Source: Bacillus sp. (in: firmicutes) (GTDB lineage: Bacteria; Bacillota; Bacilli; Bacillales; Bacillaceae). Taken from it: DNA of 64,000 bases. The notes under the pieces were generated by a model. The model was not told where the DNA came from. It made no database searches and worked only from the letters and a program-made list of their open reading frames with translations. The DNA lies in assembly GCA_031180805.1 (NCBI GenBank), contig JAPSLL010000013.1, positions 144 through 64,143 of the forward strand, in the 5' to 3' direction. Shown piece by piece: positions 32,074 to 45,573 of this stretch; position 1 is the first letter of the stretch; every line of letters begins with the position of its first letter. The translations under genes were made by a program, and so were the position numbers.

Positions 32074-33066
32074 ATGGAAGCATCGTTAATTTTACCAATA
32101 GGATTAATTATCCTCGGAATTATTGTATTAAGTGTATTTTTTACATTTGTACCAATTGCACTGTGGATTTCTGCATTAGCAGCTGGTGTGAGAATTAGCA
32201 TTTTTACATTAATTGGAATGAGGCTGCGAAGAGTTATTCCAAGTAGGGTTGTAAATCCCCTTATCAAAGCACATAAAGCTGGCTTAAGTGTAACGACAAA
32301 TCAATTAGAGAGTCATTACTTAGCTGGAGGTAACGTTGATCGCGTCGTAAATGCGCTTATCGCTGCAGAACGTGCAAATATTGAGTTAACCTTTGAACGT
32401 TGTGCTGCAATTGATCTTGCTGGCCGTGATGTATTAGAGGCTGTACAGATGAGTGTAAATCCAAAAGTAATTGAAACACCTTTTATCGCTGGTGTTGCAA
32501 TGGATGGGATTGAAGTTAAGGCTAAAGCAAGAATTACTGTAAGAGCAAATATTGAACGCTTAGTCGGGGGAGCCGGAGAAGAAACAATTCTTGCTCGTGT
32601 TGGTGAAGGGATTGTTTCAACGATAGGATCGCAAACGGATCATAAAAAAGTTCTGGAAAACCCAGATATGATTTCACAAACTGTTTTAGGAAAAGGACTA
32701 GATTCAGGAACAGCATTCGAAATTTTGTCCATTGATATCGCAGATGTAGACATCGGTAAAAACATTGGAGCTGAGCTTCAGACTGAGCAAGCTGAAGCGG
32801 ATAAAAAGATTGCGCAAGCTAAAGCGGAAGAACGAAGAGCAATGGCTGTTGCGCAAGAGCAAGAAATGTTAGCGAGAGTACAGGAAATGAAGGCAAAGGT
32901 AGTTGAAGCAGAAGCAAAAGTACCTTTAGCAATGGCTGAGGCGTTACGTTCAGGAAATATAGGTGTTATGGATTATATGAATTTTAAAAATATATCTGCT
33001 GACACTGATATGAGAGATTCTATCGGAAAAACTAATCTAGACCATAATGATAATAATGAGTATTAA
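32074..33066 (+). CDS. floA: Flotillin-like protein FloA (YqfA)
   Basis: N-terminal hairpin TM, SPFH-like core, and EA-rich coiled coil. High similarity to B. subtilis FloA. Confidence 0.95.
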   Translation: MEASLILPIGLIILGIIVLSVFFTFVPIALWISALAAGVRISIFTLIGMRLRRVIPSRVVNPLIKAHKAGLSVTTNQLESHYLAGGNVDRVVNALIAAERANIELTFERCAAIDLAGRDVLEAVQMSVNPKVIETPFIAGVAMDGIEVKAKARITVRANIERLVGGAGEETILARVGEGIVSTIGSQTDHKKVLENPDMISQTVLGKGLDSGTAFEILSIDIADVDIGKNIGAELQTEQAEADKKIAQAKAEERRAMAVAQEQEMLARVQEMKAKVVEAEAKVPLAMAEALRSGNIGVMDYMNFKNISADTDMRDSIGKTNLDHNDNNEY

Positions 33067-33246
33067 AAAGTAAAGCTTAGTAATGTAACTAAATCTTAAG
33101 GTTGTTGTACAGGTAAGGAAAATTGGCTTAATTGAAAGTAAACACTTATAGACTGCAAAAAACGTGTTAAATGATGATGGAAGTACCGAATGACATGGAA
33201 AATGTATTTTCGGCTCAAAATCCTTCATAAAAAGGAGGGATCTCGT

Positions 33247-33696
33247 ATGGATTTGTTTGAGATTTTTACAAATCCTTTAGTTTGGGCAATAATAGTAGGT
33301 TTGATTACGAAGCTATTTTTTTCAAAAGATGAAGATTCTAATAAGAAAAAGGAACAGACTAACAATAAACCGAAGCAAAAGCTACCAAAGCCAGTTATGA
33401 CAACCGTTGAACGCCCTAAAGAAAAAAGAGAAAAATCAATAACTAAACAAACTGTAATGCAGGCATATGAAAAAATGCAAAAAGCAGAAGTTGGGAACTA
33501 TCAAAAAAACAAAAACGCTGCGCAAAAAGTTCGGGAACAATCAAATAAGCGAGTGAAGCAAAATAATTCCCCAGTTAAAGATAATCGATTAAAAGTAGAC
33601 CGCAGAAATGCAATACAAGGTGTAATATGGAGTGAAATATTAGGGCCACCAAGGTCAAAAAAACCTCATTATACAAGAAATAAACGACATTCTTAA
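33247..33696 (+). CDS. yqfB: YqfB-like small membrane-anchored basic protein
   Basis: The ATG at 33247 follows AAAGGAGGG. One N-terminal TM segment, then a Lys-rich tail. Third gene of the yqeZ-floA operon, as in B. subtilis. Confidence 0.8.
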   Translation: MDLFEIFTNPLVWAIIVGLITKLFFSKDEDSNKKKEQTNNKPKQKLPKPVMTTVERPKEKREKSITKQTVMQAYEKMQKAEVGNYQKNKNAAQKVREQSNKRVKQNNSPVKDNRLKVDRRNAIQGVIWSEILGPPRSKKPHYTRNKRHS

Positions 33697-33713
33697 CTTC
33701 TCATCATAATCAT

Positions 33714-33743
33714 GTTATAAGACTCTACTTTCTCTCATACATA
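33714..33743 (+). promoter_or_regulatory. Candidate sigma-E-type promoter of yqfC-yqfD
   Basis: GTTATAA, 15 nt, then CATACATA (compare the -10 consensus CATACAnT), about 25 nt before the yqfC start. Confidence 0.4.
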
Positions 33744-33766
33744 TGAGATGAAAGGGGGTCTTTTTT

Positions 33767-34051
33767 TTGGCGAAAAAATGGCGACAACAGCTAACAAAAT
33801 GGATAACAAATACAATTGACCTTCCTCCCGACGTCATGATGGATCTTCCTAGAATTACGATGGTAGGACAGCTTCATATATACATAGAAAATCATCGCGG
33901 ACTCCTTGCTTTTACCGATACAGAGCTTCGACTTTTATTAAAACAAGGACAATTATTAATTAAAGGTGAAGCTTTTGTCATAAAAACAATTTTACCGGAA
34001 GAAATCCTTCTAGAAGGAAAAATAAATCAAGTTCTATTTTTAAATGAGTAA
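33767..34051 (+). CDS. yqfC: Sporulation protein YqfC
   Basis: DLPRITMVGQLHIYIENHRGLL family signature. TTG start after AAAGGGGG. Confidence 0.92.
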   Translation: MAKKWRQQLTKWITNTIDLPPDVMMDLPRITMVGQLHIYIENHRGLLAFTDTELRLLLKQGQLLIKGEAFVIKTILPEEILLEGKINQVLFLNE

Positions 34052-34170
34052 TGATATCCATGAGTAATGATATCCTCAGAAATTAAAAATCACAGTTTCG
34101 TCTGCTGTGTTTTCTAAATAATGCACAGCAGATCTATTTACATATAAATGAGTAAGGTAGGGGGAGAAGG

Positions 34171-35358
34171 ATGAGAAATCAATGGACGAGTTATTTATAC
34201 GGTATAATTAAAGTTAGTATTAGTGGTAGGGGAACAGAGCGGTTCTTAAATGAATGTGTACGGGAAAAAATTGTTGTGTGGAAAGTGAAAAGAACGAGCA
34301 AAGAAACAATGAGCTTTTTTGTTAGCCTTAAAGATGTACATGCCTTAAGAAAGGTTGTAAGAAACCATGAGTGCTCATGTAAATTTGAGCGGCGAATTGG
34401 AATGCCATTTTTTTTAAGAAAGACATATCGTAATAGTGGCTTTGTAATAGGATTACTTGCTTTTTTACTTGTTATTTTCGCTTTATCAAATATGATTTGG
34501 GGGATAAAAATTGAAGGGGCATCTCCAGAAACGGAACATTTAATCAAAAAAGAACTTTCTCGTATTGGAGTAAAAACTGGTAAATTTCAATTTTTCGTTG
34601 ATAATCCAGATGAAATTCAAAAATCTTTAACAGATAATATTAATCAAATTACATGGGTTGGGGTAGAACTTACTGGAACCACATACCATTTAAAGGTTGT
34701 AGAAAAGAATCAACCAGAAGAAACAGAAAAGGTAAGTCCGAGACATATAATTGCTGAAAAGGAAGCAACTATTGCTAAAATGTTTGTTGAACAAGGACAG
34801 CCAATGACAACTTTACATGAGCATGTGAAAAAAGGACAAATATTAGTGTCTGGATTGATAGGGAAAGAGGATGAACAGAAGCAAGTTGCTGCTAAAGCGG
34901 AAATTTTCGGAGAAACCTGGTACAAATCAACGATTACAATTCCATTAAAGACATCGTTTCAAGTTTTTACTGGTGAAAATAAAGTTAAGCATCATATTAA
35001 AGTAGGATCACTTAACATCCCTGTTTGGGGTTTTGGTAATCCGGAATTTGGAGAGTATGAAGTTGAAGATGATGTTAGATATTTAAAGTTTTTAAATTTC
35101 ACCTTGCCAATAGCCTATTCAAAAGATATCTATCGCGAAAAGGAAGAAGTGTCTAGAGATTATTCGGTAGAACAAGCAAAAGAGGCTGCTTTAGATCGGG
35201 GCAAAAAGGATATTGAAAAAAACTTAGATAAAAAAGAACAAGTAATTGGAGAAAAAATTTTGCACGAGAGTACAGAGAATGGTAAAGTTAAATTAACCGT
35301 TCTTTACCAAGTGTTAGAAAATATCGTAAAAACTACACCAATTGTTCAGGGAGATTAA
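34171..35358 (+). CDS. yqfD: Sporulation protein YqfD (stage IV-like)
   Basis: GIIKVSISGRGTERFLN N-terminus, one TM segment, and conserved synteny after yqfC. Confidence 0.93.
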   Translation: MRNQWTSYLYGIIKVSISGRGTERFLNECVREKIVVWKVKRTSKETMSFFVSLKDVHALRKVVRNHECSCKFERRIGMPFFLRKTYRNSGFVIGLLAFLLVIFALSNMIWGIKIEGASPETEHLIKKELSRIGVKTGKFQFFVDNPDEIQKSLTDNINQITWVGVELTGTTYHLKVVEKNQPEETEKVSPRHIIAEKEATIAKMFVEQGQPMTTLHEHVKKGQILVSGLIGKEDEQKQVAAKAEIFGETWYKSTITIPLKTSFQVFTGENKVKHHIKVGSLNIPVWGFGNPEFGEYEVEDDVRYLKFLNFTLPIAYSKDIYREKEEVSRDYSVEQAKEAALDRGKKDIEKNLDKKEQVIGEKILHESTENGKVKLTVLYQVLENIVKTTPIVQGD

Positions 35359-35361
35359 AGA

Positions 35362-36330
35362 ATGCCAGAAGAATTAGTGACATTAAACCAGCAGTTAGAA
35401 AATCCAAATGAAGCAGTTGCTTTATTTGGTAATCATGATGTTCATCTTAAACGAATTGAAGATGAACTAAATGTCTCCATCGTTACGCGTGGTGAAGCAG
35501 TATTTGTTTCCGGAGAGTCGGAAAATGTTAATTTAGTGGATGAACTACTAAAATCGCTACTGCTAATTATTCGTAGAGGAATAAATATTAGTGAGAGAGA
35601 TGTTCTTTACGCAATCACTATGGCGAAAGAACAGCAGTTAGAACAGTTTGAACAATTATATGTACAGGAAATATCAAAAACAGCTAAAGGGAAATCAATA
35701 AGAGTTAAAACTCTAGGACAACGGCATTATATTGCTGCAATTCAGAAAAACGATTTAGTTTTTGGAATTGGTCCAGCTGGAACTGGTAAGACTTATTTAG
35801 CCGTTGTAATGGCTGTTAATGCATTAAAAAATGGGAGTATTAAAAGAATTATTTTAACTCGGCCAGCTGTAGAAGCAGGGGAGAGTCTTGGTTTCTTACC
35901 AGGGGATTTAAAAGAAAAGGTAGATCCTTACTTAAGACCCCTCTATGACGCCTTGCATGATGTATTAGGGATGGAACATACTCAAAGGTTAATCGAGCGG
36001 GGAACAATTGAAATTGCCCCCTTAGCATATATGCGTGGTAGAACATTGGACGATGCATTTGTCATTTTAGATGAAGCGCAAAATACAACACCAGCTCAAA
36101 TGAAAATGTTTTTAACAAGATTAGGATTTGGATCTAAAATGGTGATAACAGGCGATATTACTCAAGTAGATTTACCAAAGGGAGTAAATTCTGGCTTGGC
36201 GGTAGCAGAAAATACCCTTTCAAATGTTCAAGGACTATCGTTTATTACTTTAGAGCAATCAGATGTAGTTCGACACCCGCTCGTTGCAAAAATAATTGCT
36301 GCATATGAAAATTCAAATGAAAGCAAGTGA
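35362..36330 (+). CDS. phoH: PhoH-family ATPase
   Basis: GPAGTGKTYLAV Walker A and ILDEAQN Walker B. Confidence 0.96.
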   Translation: MPEELVTLNQQLENPNEAVALFGNHDVHLKRIEDELNVSIVTRGEAVFVSGESENVNLVDELLKSLLLIIRRGINISERDVLYAITMAKEQQLEQFEQLYVQEISKTAKGKSIRVKTLGQRHYIAAIQKNDLVFGIGPAGTGKTYLAVVMAVNALKNGSIKRIILTRPAVEAGESLGFLPGDLKEKVDPYLRPLYDALHDVLGMEHTQRLIERGTIEIAPLAYMRGRTLDDAFVILDEAQNTTPAQMKMFLTRLGFGSKMVITGDITQVDLPKGVNSGLAVAENTLSNVQGLSFITLEQSDVVRHPLVAKIIAAYENSNESK

Positions 36331-36360
36331 CCCGAACCGATAATTCGGGTCACTTTTCTG
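36327..36360 (+). terminator. Hairpin terminator overlapping the phoH stop
   Basis: GTGACCCGAA ... TTCGGGTCAC followed by TTTTCTG. Confidence 0.75.
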
Positions 36361-36544
36361 TTATTCTTTTAAAAAAAACACGATATTGTGTCACCCATAA
36401 AAAAGGGGTTAAAAAGTCATGATTTTAATTGTAAAATGATTTTAAGAGTTGAACAATGACTGATAAAAGGAAATAATGGACAAGAAACGAATATTGAATG
36501 ATGATAATATGGAGCTTTATTTGTAGATAAGGTGGTGTCTTTCC

Positions 36545-38710
36545 TTGAAAAAAGAGAAGAAAAAGAAAAATAATAAAAAAACAAATGTATTAGAGAAGTT
36601 TAAAAATCATAAATTTTTACATGCTATGATATATGTCGTACTAGCTATTATCATTTATGCTGCACTGTTTAGCAATGTAAAACCTGAAACTCTCGATATT
36701 GAACCTTTTACACCTTCAAAAGAAACAATTTATGCACCAACGACCGTTGTTGATAAAGAAGAAACAGAAAGGAAAAAGAAGGAGGCATATGACTCTGTTG
36801 AGGATCAATACGTTTTAGATAAAGATATTTCTGAAGATCAAGTAAATCTTATTTCATCGATTTTTGATGCAATTATCGAGGTAAGAAAAGAAGGCGCCAA
36901 CACTGAAACGTCTGATAATGAGGAAGCCACTCTTACTCCAGAGGAAAAAGTTAACCGCCTGGTAAAAGAAAAATTAACGGATACGATCAATGAAAAAATT
37001 CCTAAAGAAACTTTCTTGCCATTGATGAGTGCGTCAGATGAGGATGTAACACTAGCTAAGAATGCCGTAGTTACTGCAGTAAATAATGCTATGAGCAAGG
37101 AAATACCTATCGTCCAGTTAACTGAAGCAAAGAATCAGGTGGAGGAGGAATTAAAGTCCTACTCTTTAAAAAAAGATGTACTTCAATCTGCAATAACGCT
37201 TGCAAGATTTGCTATAGCACAGAATTACTTCCTTGATTTGGATGCTACTAATCAGAAAAGGCAACAGGCATCAGAAGAAGTTAAGGAAGTACAAATTAAA
37301 CAAGGTCAAATCATTGTAGATGAGGGCGAACTTATTAGTCGGGAAGTATATCGCAAATTAGGCTTGGTTGGCTTACTTGATGACCAGATATCTTACAAAC
37401 CTTTCATAGGGTTAAGTATTCTCGTTTTATTAATAATAGCAGGTATCATTTACTTTTTTGAAAAAAAGGATTATAAAATTAAAAACAATTCCTTGCTTCT
37501 ATATTGTTTTATTTTTACAATTACCCTTTTATTAATGAAAATTTTAAGTTTATTTCAGAAAATCGATTATAACCATATCGGTTATATTGTACCGGTTGCA
37601 ATGGGTGCTATGCTTGTAAAACTATTGCTTAATGAGAGAATAGCCTTTTTAACATCAATGATTTTTGCAATATGCGGCAGTATCATTTTTAATGAAGGAG
37701 TTACAGGGAGCTTTAATTTTTCAGTTGGAGTTTATTACTTATTTGCTTGCCTAGTAGGTATATTATTTTTAGGTGACCACAATCTCCGGTCAAAAATCTT
37801 ACAAGCTGGTTTATTTGTTTCAGTAATGAATTGTTTAGTCCTTCTTGCGATTATGCTGATCCGAAATGGAAGCTATACAAATGTTGAAATTGGAACTTAC
37901 TTTATTATGGCATGTGTTTCTGGGTTGGTGGCATCTGTGTTAACAATAGGCTTTATGCCATTTTTTGAAACCGGATTTGGTATATTATCAACAATGAAAT
38001 TAATTGAGCTGTCGAATCCGAATCACCCATTATTAAGGAAGATTTTAACGGAAACTCCTGGAACGTATCACCATAGTGTAATGGTTGCAAATTTAAGTGA
38101 ATCTGCTTGTGAAGCAATAGGTGCGGATGGGTTATTAGCAAGAGTTGGTGCTTATTATCATGATATCGGTAAGACAAAGCGGCCACAGTATTTTATTGAA
38201 AACCAAATGAATATTGAAAATCCGCATAATAAGCTGTCACCACAGTTAAGTAAAAATATTATTATTGCACATGTGACAGATGGTGTGGACATGCTAAAAA
38301 AACATAAAATGCCTAAGGAATTTATTGATATTGCAGAACAGCATCATGGTACCTCTCTGTTAAAATATTTTTATCATCAGGCAAAACAAACAAATGATTC
38401 AATTTATGAGGAAGAATTTCGATATCCAGGCCCAAAACCACAAACGAAGGAAATCGCCATCATCTCAATTGCTGATAGTGTTGAAGCAGCTGTTCGATCA
38501 ATGTCAAATCCAACTCCGGATAAAATTGAAAAATTAGTCCGTTCGATTATTGCTGATCGACTTCAAGATCATCAGCTCGATGAATGTGATTTAACGTTAA
38601 AAGAATTAGATATTATTGCGAAGTCATTTTGTGAATCACTTAAAGGGATATTTCATTCAAGAATTGAATACCCGGAATTAACGAAAAAGCAGAAGGTGAA
38701 ACAATCATGA
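36545..38710 (+). CDS. pgpH: 7TM-HD cyclic-di-AMP phosphodiesterase PgpH (YqfF)
   Basis: Extracellular N-domain, seven TM helices, and a C-terminal HD domain (HHSVMVANL ... YHDIGK). Confidence 0.94.
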   Translation: MKKEKKKKNNKKTNVLEKFKNHKFLHAMIYVVLAIIIYAALFSNVKPETLDIEPFTPSKETIYAPTTVVDKEETERKKKEAYDSVEDQYVLDKDISEDQVNLISSIFDAIIEVRKEGANTETSDNEEATLTPEEKVNRLVKEKLTDTINEKIPKETFLPLMSASDEDVTLAKNAVVTAVNNAMSKEIPIVQLTEAKNQVEEELKSYSLKKDVLQSAITLARFAIAQNYFLDLDATNQKRQQASEEVKEVQIKQGQIIVDEGELISREVYRKLGLVGLLDDQISYKPFIGLSILVLLIIAGIIYFFEKKDYKIKNNSLLLYCFIFTITLLLMKILSLFQKIDYNHIGYIVPVAMGAMLVKLLLNERIAFLTSMIFAICGSIIFNEGVTGSFNFSVGVYYLFACLVGILFLGDHNLRSKILQAGLFVSVMNCLVLLAIMLIRNGSYTNVEIGTYFIMACVSGLVASVLTIGFMPFFETGFGILSTMKLIELSNPNHPLLRKILTETPGTYHHSVMVANLSESACEAIGADGLLARVGAYYHDIGKTKRPQYFIENQMNIENPHNKLSPQLSKNIIIAHVTDGVDMLKKHKMPKEFIDIAEQHHGTSLLKYFYHQAKQTNDSIYEEEFRYPGPKPQTKEIAIISIADSVEAAVRSMSNPTPDKIEKLVRSIIADRLQDHQLDECDLTLKELDIIAKSFCESLKGIFHSRIEYPELTKKQKVKQS

Positions 38711-39189
38711 GATTAATCATCGATTTAATTGATGAAACGAACGAATTAGTCGAAGAACAGCTTAAAACAATAGAGGATTTATTACAATATGCTGCTGACA
38801 TCGAGGAAGTGGCCCAAGATGCTGAAATTTCAGTCACGTTTGTAACGAATGAACGTATACAAGAAGTAAACCGTGAATATCGAGATAAGGACCAGCCTAC
38901 CGATGTTATTTCATTTGCTCTTGAAGAAATGGGAGAGGGAGAAATTGAAATCATTGGTATAGAGCAACCACCAGTATTGGGGGACATTATTATTTCTATC
39001 CAACGGGCAAAAGAACAGGCTGAAGAATATGGACATACCTTTTTAAGAGAACTTGGCTTCCTTGCAGTTCATGGATTTTTACATTTATTAGGTTACGATC
39101 ATATGACTGAGGAAGACGAGAAAGTAATGTTTACTAAACAAAAGGAAATTTTAAATAGTTATGGACTTAAAAGAACCTCGGAACTCTGA
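38707..39189 (+). CDS. ybeY: rRNA maturation endoribonuclease YbeY
   Basis: [11 protein letters not shown] zinc motif. ATGA overlap with pgpH. Confidence 0.96.
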   Translation: MRLIIDLIDETNELVEEQLKTIEDLLQYAADIEEVAQDAEISVTFVTNERIQEVNREYRDKDQPTDVISFALEEMGEGEIEIIGIEQPPVLGDIIISIQRAKEQAEEYGHTFLRELGFLAVHGFLHLLGYDHMTEEDEKVMFTKQKEILNSYGLKRTSEL

Positions 39190-39541
39190 GTGGAAGCGTT
39201 TTTACAAAAGCTTTTGGTTTGCTTCGACCGGTATAGTACAGACATTTAAAACAGAGCGTAATTTTCAAATACATGTTGTTGTATCAATATTGATGTTTAT
39301 TATCGGTATACTGTTGTCATTTACAAAACTTGAGTGGGTTATTTTACTATTTTTAATCGGTGGGATGCTTTCCCTTGAGTTAATCAATACAGCTTTAGAG
39401 CATGTCGTGGATTTGGTTACAAAAGAAAAAAGACCTCTTGCAAAGGCTGCAAAGGATGCAGCAGCTGGTGCGGTTTTGGTGTATGCAATACTTTCGGTTA
39501 TAATAGGATTAATTATTGTTTTTGGACATTTACCTTTTTAG
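39161..39541 (+). CDS. dgkA: Undecaprenol/diacylglycerol kinase family protein DgkA
   Basis: ERNFQIH ... LELINTALE ... AKDAAAGAV motifs. Overlaps ybeY by 29 nt. Confidence 0.93.
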   Translation: MDLKEPRNSEWKRFYKSFWFASTGIVQTFKTERNFQIHVVVSILMFIIGILLSFTKLEWVILLFLIGGMLSLELINTALEHVVDLVTKEKRPLAKAAKDAAAGAVLVYAILSVIIGLIIVFGHLPF

Positions 39542-39665
39542 TGAAATCCAGTTTTATTATGGTGAATTTCGAAATTTCTTACAATTAAATAACAAATTAG
39601 AAGAAAACGTGAAATTACTGATTGGTTTAGGTAAAATAATAGTAAGAAATGGATAGTTAATTTAG

Positions 39666-40986
<1,321 letters not shown>

Positions 40987-41118
40987 GGATAAAGAATTAT
41001 TCATAAATGTTGTTAGCAAAAAATGTTTGACATGAAATGATGAAATGCAGGTCAAGATAATAGTAATGAAATTGGATTTATTGTTTGCTAGTCTAAACAA
41101 CTGAAAGGTGGGGTTTTT

Positions 41119-41262
41119 ATGTTGGATTTTACCTGGAAGGTTTTTTCTCAGACAGGTAGCATTGATACGTATCTTCTTTTTAAAGAATTAGAAAAGGAGA
41201 ATGAAGAAGGACCCGATTCTCAAGAGGATGAACTAGCTGAAATGGATTTTCCAATTTCCTGA
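41119..41262 (+). CDS. yqzL: Small protein YqzL (47 aa)
   Basis: Below the track cutoff. AAAGGTGGGG SD. Translation starts MLDFTWKVFSQTGSIDTYLLFKELEKE... The position between era and recO and the sequence both match B. subtilis YqzL. Confidence 0.8.
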   Translation: MLDFTWKVFSQTGSIDTYLLFKELEKENEEGPDSQEDELAEMDFPIS

Positions 41263-41293
41263 TCTTGCCTAAGCCTTTGGAAGGTGAGGGAAT

Positions 41294-42046
41294 TTGCTTC
41301 AAAAATGTGAAGGTATCGTCATTCGATCGACGGACTATGGTGAAACAAATAAAATTGTAACAATATATACGAGAGAACTTGGAAAAGTTGGGGTTATGGC
41401 GAGAGGCGCTAAAAAACCGAATAGTCGCCTTACGTCTATTACCCAACTTTTTACTTATGGAACGTTTTTGTTTCAAAAATCAACTGGTTTAGGAAGTTTG
41501 CAGCAAGGTGAAACAATTTTTTCACATCGGTTTATCCGTGAGGATATTTTTTTAACAGCCTATGCCTCTTACATATCAGAATTACTTGATAAAAGTACGG
41601 AGAACTTTGAAAGCAATCCTTTTTTATTTGAATTATATAAGCTGACCCTTGATTATTTGAATGAAGAAGTTGACCCGGATATTTTAATGAGCATATTTGA
41701 AATAAAAATATTACCGTTGCTAGGATTGAAGCCACAATTAGATTGCTGCACTAATTGTGGAAATAAAGAAGGAACATTTCACTTTTCAATTCGAGAAGCT
41801 GGATTCATTTGTCATCGTTGCTTTGAAATTGATCCTTATAGAATTCCTATTTCCCAAACAACTGCTAAATTACTTAGATTATTTTATTATTTTGACTTAA
41901 ATCGATTAGGGAAGATTTCCTTGAAACCAGAGACAAAAAAAGAGATCAAACATGTGATAGAAGCTTATTATCAAGAGTATTCTGGTCTGACTCTTAAATC
42001 AAAGCGTTTCTTAAACCAATTAGATTCCTTAAAGGGGAAGCTATGA
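41294..42046 (+). CDS. recO: DNA repair protein RecO
   Basis: [22 protein letters not shown] and the CxxC...CxxC zinc region. TTG start. Confidence 0.95.
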   Translation: MLQKCEGIVIRSTDYGETNKIVTIYTRELGKVGVMARGAKKPNSRLTSITQLFTYGTFLFQKSTGLGSLQQGETIFSHRFIREDIFLTAYASYISELLDKSTENFESNPFLFELYKLTLDYLNEEVDPDILMSIFEIKILPLLGLKPQLDCCTNCGNKEGTFHFSIREAGFICHRCFEIDPYRIPISQTTAKLLRLFYYFDLNRLGKISLKPETKKEIKHVIEAYYQEYSGLTLKSKRFLNQLDSLKGKL

Positions 42047-42072
42047 TAACTGTGTTCAAAAATATGCGGTAT

Positions 42073-42101
42073 ATTGACATCGGAGAATTTTTAGATTAAT
42101 A
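42073..42101 (+). promoter_or_regulatory. Sigma-A promoter of glyQS
   Basis: TTGACA (42073-42078), 17-nt spacer, TAATAT (42096-42101). Confidence 0.6.
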
Positions 42102-42107
42102 TGCAAT

Positions 42108-42330
42108 TAGAATTTAACAGTTTGCGTTGAAGGAAAGAAGTAGTTACGAATAACCATTAATAGCGACCTTAGGACGGTGAAAGCTAAGGATTGGCTCGTA
42201 ATGAAAGGCATTCTGGAGCAGCATTTGAAAGTGGCTTGCCTTTATGATTAGGTGAGCAAATAGGGTGGAACCGCGGGTAAGCTCTCGTCCCTATGTCGAT
42301 TTTTGGCATAAGGATGGGAGCTTTTTGTTT
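42108..42330 (+). promoter_or_regulatory. Glycine T-box leader (specifier GGC) with terminator/antiterminator
   Basis: The stem I start TTGCGTTGAAGGAAAGAAGTAG and AGCGACCTTAGGACGGTGAAAGCTAAGG parallel the B. subtilis glyQS leader. The specifier is GAAAGGCATTCTGGAGCA, with GGC at 42207-42209. The T-box is AAATAGGGTGGAACCGCGGG. The terminator is GCTCTCGTCCCTAT ... ATAAGGATGGGAGCTTTTTG. Confidence 0.93.
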
Positions 42331-42380
42331 TCTTTACTTATTATTTATAATATGGAAATCTTTATGGAGGTGTATCAATA

Positions 42381-43271
42381 ATGAATATACAAGAAATGAT
42401 TCTTACTTTACAAAAGCATTGGTCTGATCAAGGGTGTATTTTAATGCAGGCATATGATACTGAAAAAGGTGCTGGAACAATGAGTCCATATACATTTTTA
42501 CGAAGTATCGGGCCAGAACCATGGAATGTGGCATATGTGGAACCGTCAAGACGACCAGCAGATGGGCGTTATGGCGAAAATCCAAACCGTCTCTATCAGC
42601 ATCACCAATTTCAAGTTATTATGAAACCATCACCAGACAACATACAAGAGCTTTATTTAGATTCCTTACGTGCATTAGGAATAGACCCATTAGAGCATGA
42701 TATTCGATTTGTAGAGGACAACTGGGAAAACCCTTCTTTAGGCTGTGCAGGATTGGGATGGGAAGTATGGTTGGATGGAATGGAAATTACTCAGTTTACA
42801 TATTTCCAACAAGTAGGTGGTATAGAATGTAAACCTGTTTCTGCCGAAATTACCTATGGGATTGAGAGATTAGCTTCATATATACAGGATAAAGAAAATG
42901 TATTTGATCTAGAATGGACTGAAGGATTTACTGTTCGCGACATCTTTTTGATGCCGGAATATGAACATTCTAAATATACGTTTGAAACATCGGACACAGA
43001 GATGTTGTTCCAATTGTTTTCCACTTATGAAAAGGAAGCAATTCGTCAAATGGATGAAGGCTTAGTCCATCCAGCTTATGATTATGTTTTAAAATGCTCC
43101 CACACATTTAATCTATTAGATGCTAAAGGAGCCATTTCAGTCACTGAACGCACAGGCTATATCGCTAGAGTGCGGAACTTAGCACGTAAAGTTGCAAAAA
43201 CATTTTATGAGGAACGAGAAAAACTAGGTTTTCCAATGTTAGTGAAGGAAGGAGGAGAAGGAAATGAGTAA
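42381..43271 (+). CDS. glyQ: Glycine--tRNA ligase alpha subunit
   Basis: Highly conserved GlyQ sequence ([27 protein letters not shown]). Confidence 0.98.
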   Translation: MNIQEMILTLQKHWSDQGCILMQAYDTEKGAGTMSPYTFLRSIGPEPWNVAYVEPSRRPADGRYGENPNRLYQHHQFQVIMKPSPDNIQELYLDSLRALGIDPLEHDIRFVEDNWENPSLGCAGLGWEVWLDGMEITQFTYFQQVGGIECKPVSAEITYGIERLASYIQDKENVFDLEWTEGFTVRDIFLMPEYEHSKYTFETSDTEMLFQLFSTYEKEAIRQMDEGLVHPAYDYVLKCSHTFNLLDAKGAISVTERTGYIARVRNLARKVAKTFYEEREKLGFPMLVKEGGEGNE

Positions 43272-45327
43272 ACAAGATTTACTAATTGAGATCGGATTAG
43301 AGGAAATACCTGCACATTATGTGACAGATTCGTCTAATCAATTTACTACTAAAGTTTCTGAGTGGCTAAATGATAAAAAGCTTTCATATGGAGAGGTTAA
43401 ATCTTATTCTACACCTCGTAGATTAGCTGTCTTAGTAAAAGAGGTTGATGAAAAACAACCTGATATTGAAGAGGAAGCAAAAGGCCCGGCAAGAAAAATT
43501 GCAGTTGATGAGAATGGAAATTGGACAAAGGCTGCAATTGGTTTTTCAAAGGGTCAAGGTGCAAATGTAGAAGACATTTATTTTAAAGAAATAAATGGTG
43601 TCGAATATGTCCATGTGCAAAAATCGATTAAAGGACAGGAAACAAAAACATTATTAACAGAATTACGTCAAATTATTATAGGACTAACATTTCCTAAAAA
43701 TATGCGTTGGGGTAACCAAGACATGCGTTACATTCGTCCAATTAAGTGGATTGTTGCCTTGTTTGGTAAGCAAATCATCCCGTTTGAAATAGCTGGAGTA
43801 ACAACTAATTCATACACTTTTGGCCATCGCTTTTTAGGAAGTCAGGTTGAAATAGCTGCACCTTCTTTATATGAAGCGCTGTTGTTAGAGCAATTTGTTT
43901 TAGCAGACCCTATAAAAAGAAAAGAAGCAATTGTTAATCAGCTTTCTGAGATGGAAGGAGAGCAAAATTGGGTTATTCCAATTGATAATGAATTATTAGA
44001 AGAAGTAAACAATCTTGTTGAGTATCCAACTGCGCTGTTTGGAAAGTTCGAAGAGGAATATTTATCTTTACCTGATGAAGTATTAGTTACAACTATGAAA
44101 GAGCACCAAAGATATTTTCCTGTTAGAAATCAGAGTGGGGAACTACAACCATTTTTTGTGACAGTTCGAAATGGTGATCATAATCATCTTGAAAATGTTG
44201 CAAGAGGAAATGAAAAAGTTTTACGTGCAAGATTATCTGATGCAAATTTCTTTTATAAAGAAGATCAAAAGCTAAAAATTGAAGATGCTGTTTTGAAGTT
44301 AGATAAAATTGTCTTTCATGAGGATTTAGGAACACTTGGAGAAAAGGTAAAACGAATTGTTAAACTTGCAGAAATATTATCAGATAAATTAAAGGTATCT
44401 GAAGAGGAAAAGAATGATGTTACCCGTGCTGCATCAATTTGTAAATTTGACCTCGTTACACATATGGTCTATGAATTCCCTGAATTACAAGGGAAAATAG
44501 GTGAAAAATACGCAAGAATTAGTGGGGAAAAAGAGGCAGTTGCAATAGCTGTAAACGAACATTATATGCCACGCCATGCTGATGATGAGATTCCGAATTC
44601 AAATGTCGGCGGAATAGTTGCGCTTGCTGATAAACTTGATACAATTGTTGGTTTTTTCGCAATTAATAAAATTCCTTCTGGTTCACAGGATCCTTATGCA
44701 TTAAGAAGACAGGCTAGTGGAATTGTCCAAATATTGTTGGCTAAAAACTGGAAATTGGCATTACCTGAATTATTCGATTTGACATTAGATTTCTATAAGG
44801 TAAAAGCAAAATCTGATACGAAACAAGAGCTTTTATCTTTCTTTAAATTACGTCTTAAACACGTATTTGCAGAAGAAAAAATTAGACATGATATCGTTGA
44901 TGCAATATTAGAATCGTCAAATATTGAAGTAACCTCATTAGTGAATCGCGCAAAAGTTCTTGATGAAATTTCTAAGACTGAGCAATTTAAAGAAGAAGTA
45001 GAATCGCTGGCTCGTGTAATGAATATTGCCAAAAAAGGTATTGATAAAGAAATTAACCCACAATTATTTGAAAATGAATACGAAGAAACATTATATAATG
45101 AATATTTACGTATATCCAAAGATGTTCCTGCTCTTTTGACAAATGGTCATGAGAAAGAAGGGTATCAACTATTAGCTAGTCTTAAAGAGGTAATTAATGC
45201 TTACTTTGAACATACGATGGTCATGGCCGAAAACGAAATTGTGAAAGAAAATCGTTTAGCACAAATGGTTAAATTATCAAAATTAATTCAATCTTTTGCG
45301 CAAATGAATAATATTATAGTTAAGTAA
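43264..45327 (+). CDS. glyS: Glycine--tRNA ligase beta subunit
   Basis: [13 protein letters not shown]-terminus and expected length. Overlaps glyQ by 8 nt. Confidence 0.97.
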   Translation: MSKQDLLIEIGLEEIPAHYVTDSSNQFTTKVSEWLNDKKLSYGEVKSYSTPRRLAVLVKEVDEKQPDIEEEAKGPARKIAVDENGNWTKAAIGFSKGQGANVEDIYFKEINGVEYVHVQKSIKGQETKTLLTELRQIIIGLTFPKNMRWGNQDMRYIRPIKWIVALFGKQIIPFEIAGVTTNSYTFGHRFLGSQVEIAAPSLYEALLLEQFVLADPIKRKEAIVNQLSEMEGEQNWVIPIDNELLEEVNNLVEYPTALFGKFEEEYLSLPDEVLVTTMKEHQRYFPVRNQSGELQPFFVTVRNGDHNHLENVARGNEKVLRARLSDANFFYKEDQKLKIEDAVLKLDKIVFHEDLGTLGEKVKRIVKLAEILSDKLKVSEEEKNDVTRAASICKFDLVTHMVYEFPELQGKIGEKYARISGEKEAVAIAVNEHYMPRHADDEIPNSNVGGIVALADKLDTIVGFFAINKIPSGSQDPYALRRQASGIVQILLAKNWKLALPELFDLTLDFYKVKAKSDTKQELLSFFKLRLKHVFAEEKIRHDIVDAILESSNIEVTSLVNRAKVLDEISKTEQFKEEVESLARVMNIAKKGIDKEINPQLFENEYEETLYNEYLRISKDVPALLTNGHEKEGYQLLASLKEVINAYFEHTMVMAENEIVKENRLAQMVKLSKLIQSFAQMNNIIVK

Positions 45328-45372
45328 CAGGTAATTAGCTGTACGTGATTATGAGAATTTTAATATAACCTG

Positions 45373-45400
45373 AGAGCTGACCATATTGTCAGCTCTTTTT
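45373..45400 (+). terminator. Terminator after glyS
   Basis: AGAGCTGAC ... GTCAGCTCT followed by TTTT. Confidence 0.8.
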
Positions 45401-45573
45401 CTAAAGAGTAAATGTGTTAGAACATATTTCTTTTCAAAAGTGAAGGAATGTATATAATATTTCTATAAAGAATTGAGTATTACATTAATTCTAAATTGAC
45501 GATATTAGAGATAAGAGGGGAATTACGTTAATTGAAATGAAAAAGTTTTGTTCAAATAATGAAGAGGGGGAAA

